Source: Picochlorum sp. SENEW3 (Eukaryota). Taken from it: 64,000 nucleotides of DNA. Within the stretch, counting starts at the first letter, position 1, and every line of letters begins with the position of its first letter. Location: NCBI GenBank assembly GCA_034226945.1, contig CP120457.1, positions 620,001-684,000 on the forward strand, in the 5' to 3' direction. Shown in pieces: positions 10,931-22,220 of this stretch. The position numbers and the translations under genes were made by a program. The notes beneath the pieces were generated by a model. The model was not told where the DNA came from, did not search any database, and saw only the letters and a list, made by a program, of their open reading frames with translations.

Positions 10931-11269
10931 TAGCAACAAAAACAATGTTATTTAATGCTAGTATATCAGGTTTTGATCGCATACATGGCGATTGTAAGTG
11001 GTCCATGAGTTCCTTACTTGGAATAAAAAATATTCGGTTCAAATTTCAAATTTCCAGCGGGCATGACCAATTGCTCAGACATTGCTATTGGATACCTTCA
11101 AAATAGTATAGGCTTGAGTAGGAATTTAACGCCTGGGACTGTCGGAAGAAGCCTTATGCAGGGCCAACAAACGGATTGAAGAGTTGGACCTGATACGCCT
11201 TTTCACTCGCGCTCTTTGCACAGAAAAGTACCTTGAAGCCTGTCTAATAAATAATTTTCATCTATCGGG

Positions 11270-12766
11270 ATGGACTTTTTGGATCTAAAGCGAGCAAGGG
11301 CTCTAGCTGACGGTTTGGAGACTGTGGAAGCTGTGGACTCAAACGAGTGCCTTCATTTCAGACCATTGTCTCACTCGCATGTTTCTGAGGTGAATGAAAA
11401 AGGACTGGAGGGTGTGGGGGACTTTGGACCGCTGATGTCGCACCAGTACGTGCTATTCGATTGATTGGTGGCCATCTCATATTCAACCTGACAAATGCCT
11501 GTGTTGTTATTCTTCTTATTTTTATTGCAGAATCTACGGGCAAGACGAGCTCATCCGGGGATATGTCAATCCAAGAGTTGATATATATCTTTCTCCCATG
11601 TTTTTGCCCTATGTTCAGACGAGTTATGAGTCAAGAGTGAGCGATGATGGCATTGCCACAACTGACCTGGTCAAACCTCTTAAAGAAGCCTTCGGAGAGT
11701 CCACGTTACAATTGGAGAGAGAGGCATTTTTCGAAAAGATGAGAGAAGAAGAAAAACTGGGGCTGCAGATGGAAGATCTTGGGGAGCGTGTTCTGACTAG
11801 AACAATTGAGAAGGATGGCAAACAGAGCACGCTAGGAATCTTTCAGTCAACATTGGCAGATGCAAGCGAGACTGTGAAGAAACTTCATGCACGAATCGAG
11901 CCACTATTGCTATTCTTCATTGATTGTGCTGCAGCTATCGACGCAGAAGATCCATCGTGGGAGGTATTTTTAGTCACATTGCAGGATGAGGATGGAAATA
12001 TTGAGATTGTTGGCATGTGCACAGTGTATGTGTTTTATGTCTACCCGGACAAGAAGCGATTTCGAGTTGCCCAGGTATTTGTGCTTCCTAATCAGCAAGG
12101 AAAAGGGATTGGATCTGCTATTGTTGACGCTGTGTTTGAGGTTGCCAAGAACAAGGGCGTCGTAGACATTACGGTACGGATCTAGCTATTCCTTGGTCCT
12201 AGTCATGTTTTGATATTGTAATTCCATTGTGCTTGTAGTTGGAAGACCCGACAGATGACTTTAGAAGAATACGAGATAGAAAAGATTTACATGAAATGCT
12301 TACCCAGGACTGGATTGTATCCATGGCAAAAGATGCATTGGGGTCCTTGGTTTCCAAGGCATCCACGCCAAACCCACTATCAGCACCGACAGAGGCAATC
12401 GATAGGCTGTGTAGCACGCTCATGATGAATAAGAAACAAGCGCAGAGAATGTGGGAGTCGTTGCTGTACAAGGTTGCATCGGATATGGGTAATGAAGCAA
12501 CTGCTGCTGTCGAGGGCTACATTGCCAAGACCCTGGAGGAAATGTTTGTTGGCGGTGCCAAGGACGATTCAGAAAACAAGGTTGTCGTGGATACGCCAAC
12601 AGGATTTGTCATGTACAAGAGCAAAACAAAGATGACAATCCCAGGTAACATTCCGCCCGTGGAGGAAGTCACACGCGAGCAGCAGAGAGCAACACTTGCA
12701 GACTATGTAGCTGGTAGAGTTGCAGAAATTCAACGACTACTGGGCCTTTCCGTCGACCAGCATTGA
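11270..12766 (+). CDS. HAT1: Histone acetyltransferase type B catalytic subunit
   Basis: Exons 11270-11445, 11531-12173, 12239-12766; HQIYGQDELIRGY, RVAQVFVLPNQQGKGIGS, DITLEDP. Confidence 0.9.
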
Positions 12767-12768
12767 CC

Positions 12769-14037
12769 TCATACTTTACAAAAGCATTCATATTCTAAAA
12801 ATACTGGTTCATTTTGATCAGGCAGTTTGATATACGCACCAAATTTCTCCTTCTCCAATGATTCCAACTTCCCCAACAGACCTCTGTATGCACCTTTGAC
12901 AACCTTCACCTGCCTCCCTGGGGACGGAATCACAGTTTCCAGCTCATCTTGATCGACCCGCAGCACATCTTTACTATCAATCATTTCTATTTCTGCAACA
13001 AACCCCTCTACTTTTAGCACCCTGCCCTTCTTTTTATAATATCCATGCTCTTTTAAACTCGGACTCAGCACTTTGACAACAATATTTGGCGTAATCCACG
13101 CGTTACCTGTTTCTTCTTCAACCACTGCAACGGTAGCCTTTTGTTTCTTCATCTGCAGCTCACCTGCCATGAGCTCCTCTACCTTGCTTTTCTTGCCCGT
13201 TACTCTAGCAGCAGCTGCTGCTGCTGAATCATCCACATCCTCATCAAACTGTATACCACTTCTTTTCCTTGCCCCACCCTGCTGCGTCGCATTCAACGAC
13301 AGTGACACAGATTTCAAATCCTTCACATCCACATGCTGATCAGGTGCATCGGCTTGTGCTTCCTGTTCACCCCCTCCACCATTCTGCCTGGCCTTCTCAG
13401 CCTGTGCCTGCAAAATCTTCAAATGTCTTTCATCAGCCTCCTTCTCACTCTTTTCCCTCTCCCGCCGCTTCTTCCTCTCCATGGCTTCAAACGGATCTTC
13501 TTGCGTCAGCTTTATGAACCATCCCTTGGGCGTCTCATCCACCTTGCATTTTCCCTCTCTCCCAAGGTACTTGACAAACTGAGTCAAACTCAACCACTTG
13601 GTCGCGTTCATATGCACATGATGTCTATCCTGTATAAACTCATTATACACTACGTTCGCAGCAACTCGACTAAACGGATGAGTCCGACGCAAATGATCTA
13701 AAAACGTTTTTTCAAACTCCACACTATAGTCTCTGATAACCTTGTTAGGATTCTGCCCAAACACTTCCATTTGACGCTTGTGCGATTCACTTGTCAAGTG
13801 ACATTTGAATCCATTCTCATCTCTACATTGTTTATTGCACATTTGACAGTAAAAGCGAAGCTTTTGTAACCCTTTGGCCTTGATTCGGTTGGCAATGGCC
13901 TTGGGAGATGCAAAGTCTGCACAGAATACGACATGTTAGGATACCATTATCACTCCATACGCTCAACATGTAAATATAAATGGATTTAAAGAAATACAGA
14001 GGAGGAAAAACGACGAACACGTACCATGTTTGCCCAT
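12769..14037 (-). CDS. KIN17: KIN17 DNA/RNA-binding protein
   Basis: Exons 14037-14025 and 13916-12769; KAIANRIKAKGLQKLRFYCQMCNKQCRDENGFKCH, HMNATKW, C-terminal KOW-like region. Confidence 0.95.
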
Positions 14038-14140
14038 GACCACAAGCGTCTCGAATTTTCCAACGCAACACGCTTATTCTATGCAGTGTATTCTCTTCTG
14101 AGTACACAAATACAATCTACTATTACAAAAATATCAATTA

Positions 14141-15802
14141 CTATGAAAATACGTCGTCCTCCGCCAACATATCCGCAGATGCATCCACAGAGTCTATGGC
14201 ATTTTTGAATAAGGCTCTAATGTCGGTCGACATCTCGGTATCAACCGTATCCGATCGACCCCTCTGGATCTGCTGCGTCGAGTGTAACTCATCATGCAAT
14301 GAAGATGGCGTGAGTGGCCCATGGCTACTGCTGTGGACGTCCACGCTATCACCATGAGGAGTGTCAACGTCATCATCATGAGGAGCACCAGAGGTTTTTG
14401 TCACAGTGGTCTGTGCTCCGTCGTCATGTGACTCACAAACCTGTGCTCCAACAGTGTCAGCGTCATCATGAAAATGATTTTTTTGCTTTTGCTGCAAAAC
14501 AATGTCCTTGTGTGGCCTAGAGTTGATGGCTGATATAACTTCTGCCAATTGCGCATGCAGCACATTGGCCTCTGATGTCAGCTTGGCAACCTCCACCTTG
14601 GCTTCAGATGCCTCTGACATCGACGCAGTCACCATACTCTTCAACTTTGCATTCTCTTTCCGCAGCGATACATTCTCCTTCTCAAACGTACCCGCGAGCC
14701 GAGCACTATCCGACGCAGCAGATGCCTGTGACTCCAAATCCCTCGTCTTCATTCGCAAATTCGTGACTTCAGCAGCTAAAATATCTTCATCTCGAGTCCC
14801 ATGCGAGCACACAGACCCTCCATCATCACCTCCATGTGCATTCAACAAAGGATTTGAGTATACTGATCCGCTATGACTACGAGCCATGGGAGAATTTGTT
14901 GCTGCATACCGCCGATGCTGTTGAGCACTCATTGGTCCAGAGTCCATCGACCCTCGAGCCGCGACTTCCTGTCGAAGCCCCTCTATTTCTCTATTCAAAT
15001 CTTTAATCTTGGATTGATAATATTTATCCTGAGACTCCGAGTATCTCGTTGCCTTTTCCAAATCAATCTGCAACTCCTCAATCTGCTCCTCCAACTGTGC
15101 CGTATCCGCATAGGCATCCAACAATTGCTGCGCCGCCGTCTCCGCATCGATACCAGCATCCTCAAACCTTTTCAACGACGCATGTTGCTTTTCCTCAACT
15201 GCCGCCAGGGCATCCCGACTCTGTCGACATTCCTCTTCCAGCTGCACAATCCTCTTGTGCAACTCCTCTTCTGCCGCATCCCTCTTGGCATCCGCTCTCG
15301 CTTGCAAGGACTTTAAGGCTTCTAAAGACGCTGTCTTGGCTTCTACAATCCCTCTCAACGACTCCGTCTCCACCTGCAACCGCTTTGCATCGCATTCCTT
15401 CTCCATCACCCTCAGAGAGTACCGTCGCCTCTCCCTCTGCAACTTGCGTGTCACCTCCAACAGTTCCTCATGAACCTGAACAACCTGCGTCTCCCATGCA
15501 TTCATCACATCATGCAGCGAGTGACTACACTTTTTCGTCCTGATCGCCTGATCCAACAGCGAGTTCAACTCCACAATCGTCTGTGCAGGTGTCTTGGTCT
15601 CAAATGACAACTTTCTTTCTCCTCCATGCACATGTCCCATTCTCTCACCGCACTCTGACCCTTTCAAACTCGGGGGTGTCGGAACCAACCATGTCTCATC
15701 ATGCTCCAGACCACCCCTACTACGTTCGTGTGTAACAACACTCCCACCCCCGTCCCTGTGAGACACCCCTCCGCTGGCCACCACAGTCTGTGGTGTCGCC
15801 AT
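14141..15802 (-). CDS. Coiled-coil protein, unknown function
   Basis: 553-aa ORF with E/K/Q/L heptad-rich middle. Confidence 0.75.
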   Translation of the reverse strand: MATPQTVVASGGVSHRDGGGSVVTHERSRGGLEHDETWLVPTPPSLKGSECGERMGHVHGGERKLSFETKTPAQTIVELNSLLDQAIRTKKCSHSLHDVMNAWETQVVQVHEELLEVTRKLQRERRRYSLRVMEKECDAKRLQVETESLRGIVEAKTASLEALKSLQARADAKRDAAEEELHKRIVQLEEECRQSRDALAAVEEKQHASLKRFEDAGIDAETAAQQLLDAYADTAQLEEQIEELQIDLEKATRYSESQDKYYQSKIKDLNREIEGLRQEVAARGSMDSGPMSAQQHRRYAATNSPMARSHSGSVYSNPLLNAHGGDDGGSVCSHGTRDEDILAAEVTNLRMKTRDLESQASAASDSARLAGTFEKENVSLRKENAKLKSMVTASMSEASEAKVEVAKLTSEANVLHAQLAEVISAINSRPHKDIVLQQKQKNHFHDDADTVGAQVCESHDDGAQTTVTKTSGAPHDDDVDTPHGDSVDVHSSSHGPLTPSSLHDELHSTQQIQRGRSDTVDTEMSTDIRALFKNAIDSVDASADMLAEDDVFS

Positions 15803-16395
15803 GAAGAATAAATGCTACTCAATAACTATGATATTATTTAAGTAATACGATATGAACAACTCCGTCCACCAACAGTGTGTCTACAAACGTTCGATCGTCG
15901 AGACCAGTTGAATTCGTTTTCAAAATCTCGCGAATCACGCAAAGCTACACATGAATGCACTATGGGTGTCTTTATATACACGCATGAAACATATGAATGC
16001 TGAAATGCTGTAAAAGGTGGTATTTTTATGCGAATGGCGCCGTGTGTTTGGTCGTATCATCACAGGTCGACTGCCTGACGACCGAGCGGTCGACTCTGAG
16101 CCATGAGAGCGAGGTTTTTTAATTCCGATCAACCCATTTAAAATAGAAAAACCCTTCCTGGCTTCTTCTTGGACAGAAATCTCTCCAATAGCAGATGCCT
16201 CGTCATTCTCCACGTATTACAAACTCACCGCCTACTATATATTTGTATCAGTTCTATAGGGCTGATATACGACTCTGAGATACACGCAGCAAGTACGGTG
16301 GGACGCTTGGGTCGTTCGACACGTCTCCTCGAAAGAAAAAATACAGCGCTGATTTCATTTCATTTGCGATAGGCATCGTTTCTTAGATCATAGGC

Positions 16396-17637
16396 ATGTA
16401 TAGCATGATGGTTTCATTGTCTGGACAGCATTCCGTGACGTGTGGGAGATTCCACAGGCAGGATCATAGAGCAAGGGGAGGAAGGAGAGTGCCTTTGCGT
16501 GTCATGATGAGCGCACGGGAGCATGATTTGTCAGTTCATGTGAACGGATTGGATTTTGAGAATCCCTTTGTGACTGGTAGTGGGCCACCAGGAACGAATT
16601 ATGCGGTGATGAAGAAGGCTTTTGATGAAGGGTGGGGAGGTGTGGTTGCCAAGACGGTGAGTCTGGATTCTGCAAAGGTGAAGAATGTGACGCCTCGGTA
16701 TGCCAAGCTTCGGTCAGGGAATGGCGAAGTGATTGGATGGGAAAATATTGAATTGATTAGTGATAGGCCGTTGGAGGTGATGTTGGAGGATTTTGCACGG
16801 CTGAAGAGAGAGTATCCTGACCGGATGTTGATTGCATCAATCATGGAGGAGTATGACAAGGAGGCGTGGGTCAAGTTGATTGGGTTGTGTGAGGCGGCAG
16901 GGGTGGATGCGTTTGAGATTAATTTTAGCTGCCCGCATGGTATGCCGGAGAGGCGCATGGGAATGGCCATGGGACAGGATTGTGAGCTGCTGGCAGAGGT
17001 GACTGGGTGGGTGACAGAGGCTGCGTCTATTCCAGTGTGGTCGAAAATGACACCAAATATTACGGATATTAAAGTTCCCAGCAAAGTTTGTTTGGATGCT
17101 GGGAGTGATGGTATTGCTGCGATTAATACAATCGAATCGATCATGGGCATCAATTTGGACACCTTGAGACCAGAGCCTTGCGTGGAGGGACACAGCACTC
17201 GGGGAGGATATAGTTCGGTGGCTGTCAAACCCATTGCATTGGCCCGCGTGGCGTCTATAGCGCAAGTGATTGCGGAAGGATATTCTGATAGATCTTTGTC
17301 TGGGATTGGTGGTATTAATACTGGAAATGATGCCGCAGAATTTATTCTGTTGGGTTCTGATACTGTCCAAGTGTGCTCTGGTGTCATGATGCATGGGTAC
17401 CCCATGGTCAAGGGCATGAAGGCAGAACTGTCCGCGTTTATGGAGAAGCACGGTTTTACATCCCTCTCGGATTTCAAGGGAATGAGTTTGCCGTATATGA
17501 CGACGCATACGGAATTGGTTCGGATGCAGAAGGAGGCGATTGAGATGAAGAGAAAGAACAAGGTCGGTCTCGGGAATGACAAGGAATGGTCTGGGGATGA
17601 CTTTGTCAAGCAGTCCGATTCCATGGTGGCCAATTAA
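16396..17637 (+). CDS. PYD1: Dihydropyrimidine dehydrogenase, plant-type, plastid-targeted
   Basis: NPFVTGSGPPGTN, GWENIELISDR, EINFSCPHGM, KMTPNITDI; transit-peptide-like N-terminus. Confidence 0.93.
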   Translation: MYSMMVSLSGQHSVTCGRFHRQDHRARGGRRVPLRVMMSAREHDLSVHVNGLDFENPFVTGSGPPGTNYAVMKKAFDEGWGGVVAKTVSLDSAKVKNVTPRYAKLRSGNGEVIGWENIELISDRPLEVMLEDFARLKREYPDRMLIASIMEEYDKEAWVKLIGLCEAAGVDAFEINFSCPHGMPERRMGMAMGQDCELLAEVTGWVTEAASIPVWSKMTPNITDIKVPSKVCLDAGSDGIAAINTIESIMGINLDTLRPEPCVEGHSTRGGYSSVAVKPIALARVASIAQVIAEGYSDRSLSGIGGINTGNDAAEFILLGSDTVQVCSGVMMHGYPMVKGMKAELSAFMEKHGFTSLSDFKGMSLPYMTTHTELVRMQKEAIEMKRKNKVGLGNDKEWSGDDFVKQSDSMVAN

Positions 17638-17736
17638 TTGGTTTTTCTTCTTCGTCCCTTCTGTCTTTATCATAGTACTACTGCTACTACATCAATGTAA
17701 ATAATAATCCATAAGAAGAATGCAAAAGAGACTGAT

Positions 17737-18432
17737 TCAGTCTTGGCGACTGTGGACAAAATGGCTGCAATCATTCAGTCTGATCAACTGCCACCCTTTG
17801 AGGTCTCTATTCGATGTCGCATGCTCCGGTGTATACACGAGCTCCGTCATCGATGTATTGTGTGTGATAATCTTGCGCGTCATCAACGGCGTGGAATCTA
17901 ATATATGCCGCAGGGTGCACTTGATGGCAAGCCCATGTGTCGCTACAAAATTTAAAGTACCCTTGGCATCCTCAGGGGCACTCCCCACAATGGATTTCAA
18001 AACATAATCAATCATTCGCTCCTCCACATCTTTCTGACTCTCTCCACCAGGAGGTCTAAAATTAATCACATCCTGCTGAATAATGTTCAATTGCTCTGGC
18101 GTGTATACTTGATGTCTAGGTTTTCCTGCAAACTCACCCATATCAAGCTCCAATAATTGCTCAGTTTTCACACAATCTTCTTCAAACGATCGCCCTAAAT
18201 GATCCATAACGATTCTCATTGTCTCTAATGATCGCAATGCGGTCGATGAGAAGAATCTGGCGGAAGACATGTCATCTTCACTTAGAAACGAGCGAAGATA
18301 CTTCCCAAGGCTCTCTGCTTGCTGCACGCCTTCTCCGGTCAGGGGACTGTCAATTGCTCGACCACCAACTTTATCTTTTAATTCTAAATTCATAAGGCAT
18401 TCTGCATGCCGAATTAACACAATGCGATGCAT
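17737..18432 (-). CDS. Histidine phosphatase / phosphoglycerate mutase family protein
   Basis: LIRHAE, LTGEGVQQA, LLELDMG, GGES, ATHG. Confidence 0.88.
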   Translation of the reverse strand: MHRIVLIRHAECLMNLELKDKVGGRAIDSPLTGEGVQQAESLGKYLRSFLSEDDMSSARFFSSTALRSLETMRIVMDHLGRSFEEDCVKTEQLLELDMGEFAGKPRHQVYTPEQLNIIQQDVINFRPPGGESQKDVEERMIDYVLKSIVGSAPEDAKGTLNFVATHGLAIKCTLRHILDSTPLMTRKIITHNTSMTELVYTPEHATSNRDLKGWQLIRLNDCSHFVHSRQD

Positions 18433-18533
18433 GATTCTTCCGACTTTGTGTGAACCCACAGAATTGAAAGTAATTGTCTGCAAGAAATCCGATCGAGAAT
18501 CGCCAATGTACCTACAATTAATTAATAAATGAA

Positions 18534-20267
18534 TTAATCGACGAGTTGGACAGAGTCCAGGACTGCGTATCCAGCAGCTACGCCTCCTTCGGACGAGGTT
18601 GATGCCTTTGTTCGAACCAGCTGGCCAGCCCTGTGATTCACCAGAACGTTGGAGCCTTTCCTGAGAAGCACGCCATAAATACCGAGTTCTGAAAGGGACT
18701 CTATATCTTCAGCTACACCTCGACGGATCATTGTCACTGTATGTGGAGGAGGGATGATGCGTTGCATCAGAATGAGAGCTCCCAACCCTTGTTTCTGCTG
18801 CAGTCGGTCAACCATATCCTGTCCATAAAGGTTATTCCCTCCTCCCTCTCTCTGAGGTTTCAAGACGTACAGATCTGGGTTTTTGATCGCATCTTGGACA
18901 GCAGTGGATGCCTCTGTATCGTTCTCAAGGTCATCCAATCCCCACAGGCCTGCGAAACATGTCCGCATGCGAGCAGCATCCAAGTCGGATCTGCTGAATT
19001 TCTCAACAACCCCAGGGCGGGCGAGATCTTGTTGTACCTTTTTCGAACCTGCCAATTGCATCGCAATGGTTGGACATTTGGCTGCATTAGACATTTCGAT
19101 GATGGTTCGTGCATCCCATTCTTTACGAGAAGGATAATCTGTCGGCGTGTATCCAGCCCGAAAGTAGGCAAGCGACACAGTTGTTCCATCAATCATGAGG
19201 GATCCATCCTCCTGGAGGACTGCACGCTCGGCAATATCAAGGAGCGTTCTTCGAATGGTTCGAATTCTATACGTTTTCCAGAGCTGTAATTGTAGCCATT
19301 GTTGGTCGAATGAGTTCTGTTCGTCTGGTTGTACCACCATCATCATGGTTTTATCCTGGTGGCCATGCTCCTGAACAGCGGATGCCAGGCCTTGCACAAT
19401 CGAGTCCATAGAGGTATTTTGTGGCAGTTTCTTGTCCAGCTCGCTCTCCGGTATGCCAGATTTATCTAGTATATACCTATGTAATTGACTGACCAGCGTA
19501 GATAAACAGCCAAAGGAAGATGCAATTGTGTTGAGTTCCACTTGAAGCATTGTGGATGTTGGATCATGCAGCATATAGTCTGACCTGGTGATCACAAGGG
19601 ATATTTCCTCTTGCGGTTGTTTCTGGCTCTTCTGCTGCCTTGTGTCTTTGTATATTCTCATCAGCTCTCCCTATAAAAAGATACGTATACAGATAACTCA
19701 TCGAGGAGGAGCATTGACTATAATTTAACAAAAATCTCCGTACCGTGAATGCAGCATCCTCCTGTGCAGCATTCTCTAATACTTCAGTCAAATAGCCTGC
19801 ATCTTGGCTCACCATATCAATCATAGAGTTGAAAGGCTCGGCGGCATCCAACGCTCTCTCAAACGCCTGGCGAGGGAAAGGCACAGGCGTCAATGCAAAA
19901 GGAGCATGCACCAAAAGGCAGTCTGTTCCTGCTCCATACACCTATATACAGATATATGATCAGGCGCATCCTGTACATCTGCGATGGCATTCAAACATTG
20001 TCGTACCAATCCATGCTGCGCACACCATGCGATAGCATCCTGTATAAGCTCCTCCTTGCTGGAAGAAGAAGAGTGCATCCCAATATCCATGGAGGCAGCC
20101 TGAACAACTCTTCTGTTGGCTCTTGCTGTTCTCACTGATGAACCTAGAAGATGATGAGCTCTACAACCAGCCAATGGTTTACAAAATACTGATGCGACTC
20201 TATTTGCCCGAGAGCCTTTCTGCGTGGCGAGTCCTGCTGCCTCTCTAGAGCAACAGAGCACACTCAT
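18534..20267 (-). CDS. GSH2: Glutathione synthetase (eukaryotic type)
   Basis: Exons 20267-20007, 19941-19744, 19670-18534; RSDYM, QVELNTIASSF, VLKPQREGGGNN, SELGIYG, EGGVAAG. Confidence 0.95.
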
Positions 20268-20606
20268 ACAAGAAGCAGCAAACGTCACTGGTACGTTTGC
20301 TCTTCCAAAAGGACCACTGCGACGAGAATGAGCAGACGAATATGGTAAAATTGTATTTATATCGATCGATCGGTATAATAAATAGCTTTTAATGTGTAGA
20401 ATCATGAGCGTATTCGATATTTCATGCCACATTTTGAGTTTTTATAGTTTGTATTACGGAAGGTGTTGACTAGGTACATGTCAACGGCCTTCTTGGCGTC
20501 CTTTGGCACATTGTATATCGCATTTATGTGTATTATAATCCATTATATATACATAATAGGTCGATAAAACTGGCTGTAGCGTGCAAAAAAGGGCGCATGC
20601 GTGACT

Positions 20607-22220
20607 ATGACTGGGGAGTCACAGGTACAAGCAGACGACTCGTTCACTCCAGTGACGATACCTGATCTCGGAGAGGCTGGATCTGTGTGGCGATGTGAAA
20701 AATTAAAAGATTTTGAGCGCCAAATGCGGATGCTTGGGTTGGAGAATGAAACAGAGTTTAAAGCATTGCAAAGGAAGATTGAGGAATACACTGTGGAATT
20801 GGAGGACTTGTGGGAGAAGCAACGGAACTGTGAGGCAAAGTGGTGGCAGGATGGGGAATATGATGCTCACAGAGCGGATGGATATAACGATGCAGGGATG
20901 GAGTGGTATGCTGCGAAGAATTGGCCAGAGGCGTTTGCGTCATTTTCAGAGGCTATTCGTTTGCATCCTCGATCAGCAGTGTACCATTCGAATAGGTCCA
21001 TGGCAGCGCTGAAGATGAAGCAGTATGATGTGGCTCTTGAGGATGCAATACATTCGATTGAGATGGATGATATGTACTGCAAGGGGTATATACGAGCTGG
21101 AAAGGCATGTTTGGGTCTGGGTGATCCAGAGCGTGCAGAGGGCTACTTTCAACGTGCACTGGATATGGTACCTGGTAGCAAATCTGCTTTGGCAGGGCTG
21201 GATGATGCGCATCGAATGAAAGAAAAGTTTTCAGAAGAGGATGCTTTCCACCAACGACTTGCTGATGAGGGTGGTCGTCCTGCGTTATCTCGAGATGATG
21301 TGGATGTTGAGTCAGTCTCGTTGACTCTTGTGAGTGTTGAGGAGATTTTGAAATCCAATCCTAGATTGGAATCCGCGATGTATCATAAAGCTGAGTGTTT
21401 AGTTCTTATTGGTAGGTATAAAGAGGCGTTATTATTTATCGATACACTTCGATCTGGGGTTGAGAGATCGTACATATTGGCGGAGGGGCTGTGGCGAAGT
21501 GGGCGTGTGGAAGATGCTTTGGAGGTTCTCCAAGAATTCGTCGTCAGGAATGAAAAGTGTTTGGACTTGAAGACGTACATTGCGCGTCTTCAAAGAGATA
21601 TTGATATAATTCAAAGATATATGGATGAAGAGGGCGAGTATGGTCAAGCTGTTTTGCGTTGCTCAGAATTGTTGGAATCTTTGTCCATTTCAGCCTGCAG
21701 TGGGTTGTACCGTAGGCTGCTACGGATGCGTGCTGATGCTCACTGCTGTAGAGGATCGTGGCTCGACGCAAAGACGGATTTGAATCTAGCCCTTAGTATA
21801 TATGAGGAGGATGTGGATGCTCTGCGATCCAAGGCGGATGTGCTGAAACAGATGGGAGCATATACAGAGTATTTTCTCAGCCTCCAGCGACTCAAGACTG
21901 TGTCGCCCAATGTACCTGGTCTCTCTGCATTGATCATGGATGCTGCACGATTATCGTTGAAGCACAAGGATGGTGAGTCGATGAATTATGCTGATACACA
22001 GACCAAGACGGCATCTGGTCCTGCCGCTGCGTTTGATGTGCTTGGTGTGTCACATGGTGTGCCCTTGTCAGATGTGAGAAAGGCATATTTGAAACTTGCA
22101 GCCACGTGGCATCCTGACAAGTGGTCTTCGGGAACTGACGATGAGCTCAAAAATGCAGAGGAGACATTTAAAGTTATTCAAAAGGCATATAATGATATTT
22201 GTGATTCAATGTTTCTGTAA
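20607..22220 (+). CDS. TPR-repeat protein with C-terminal J domain (DNAJC7-like)
   Basis: TPR motifs (AVYHSNRSMA); J domain RKAYLKLAATWHPDK. Confidence 0.88.
   Translation: MTGESQVQADDSFTPVTIPDLGEAGSVWRCEKLKDFERQMRMLGLENETEFKALQRKIEEYTVELEDLWEKQRNCEAKWWQDGEYDAHRADGYNDAGMEWYAAKNWPEAFASFSEAIRLHPRSAVYHSNRSMAALKMKQYDVALEDAIHSIEMDDMYCKGYIRAGKACLGLGDPERAEGYFQRALDMVPGSKSALAGLDDAHRMKEKFSEEDAFHQRLADEGGRPALSRDDVDVESVSLTLVSVEEILKSNPRLESAMYHKAECLVLIGRYKEALLFIDTLRSGVERSYILAEGLWRSGRVEDALEVLQEFVVRNEKCLDLKTYIARLQRDIDIIQRYMDEEGEYGQAVLRCSELLESLSISACSGLYRRLLRMRADAHCCRGSWLDAKTDLNLALSIYEEDVDALRSKADVLKQMGAYTEYFLSLQRLKTVSPNVPGLSALIMDAARLSLKHKDGESMNYADTQTKTASGPAAAFDVLGVSHGVPLSDVRKAYLKLAATWHPDKWSSGTDDELKNAEETFKVIQKAYNDICDSMFL

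Noticed and set aside
16599..17673. Long antisense ORFs over PYD1 (and similar ones over Lhca7, the aldolase and the bromodomain gene)
   Set aside because: Shadow frames of codon-biased genes with no recognisable motifs
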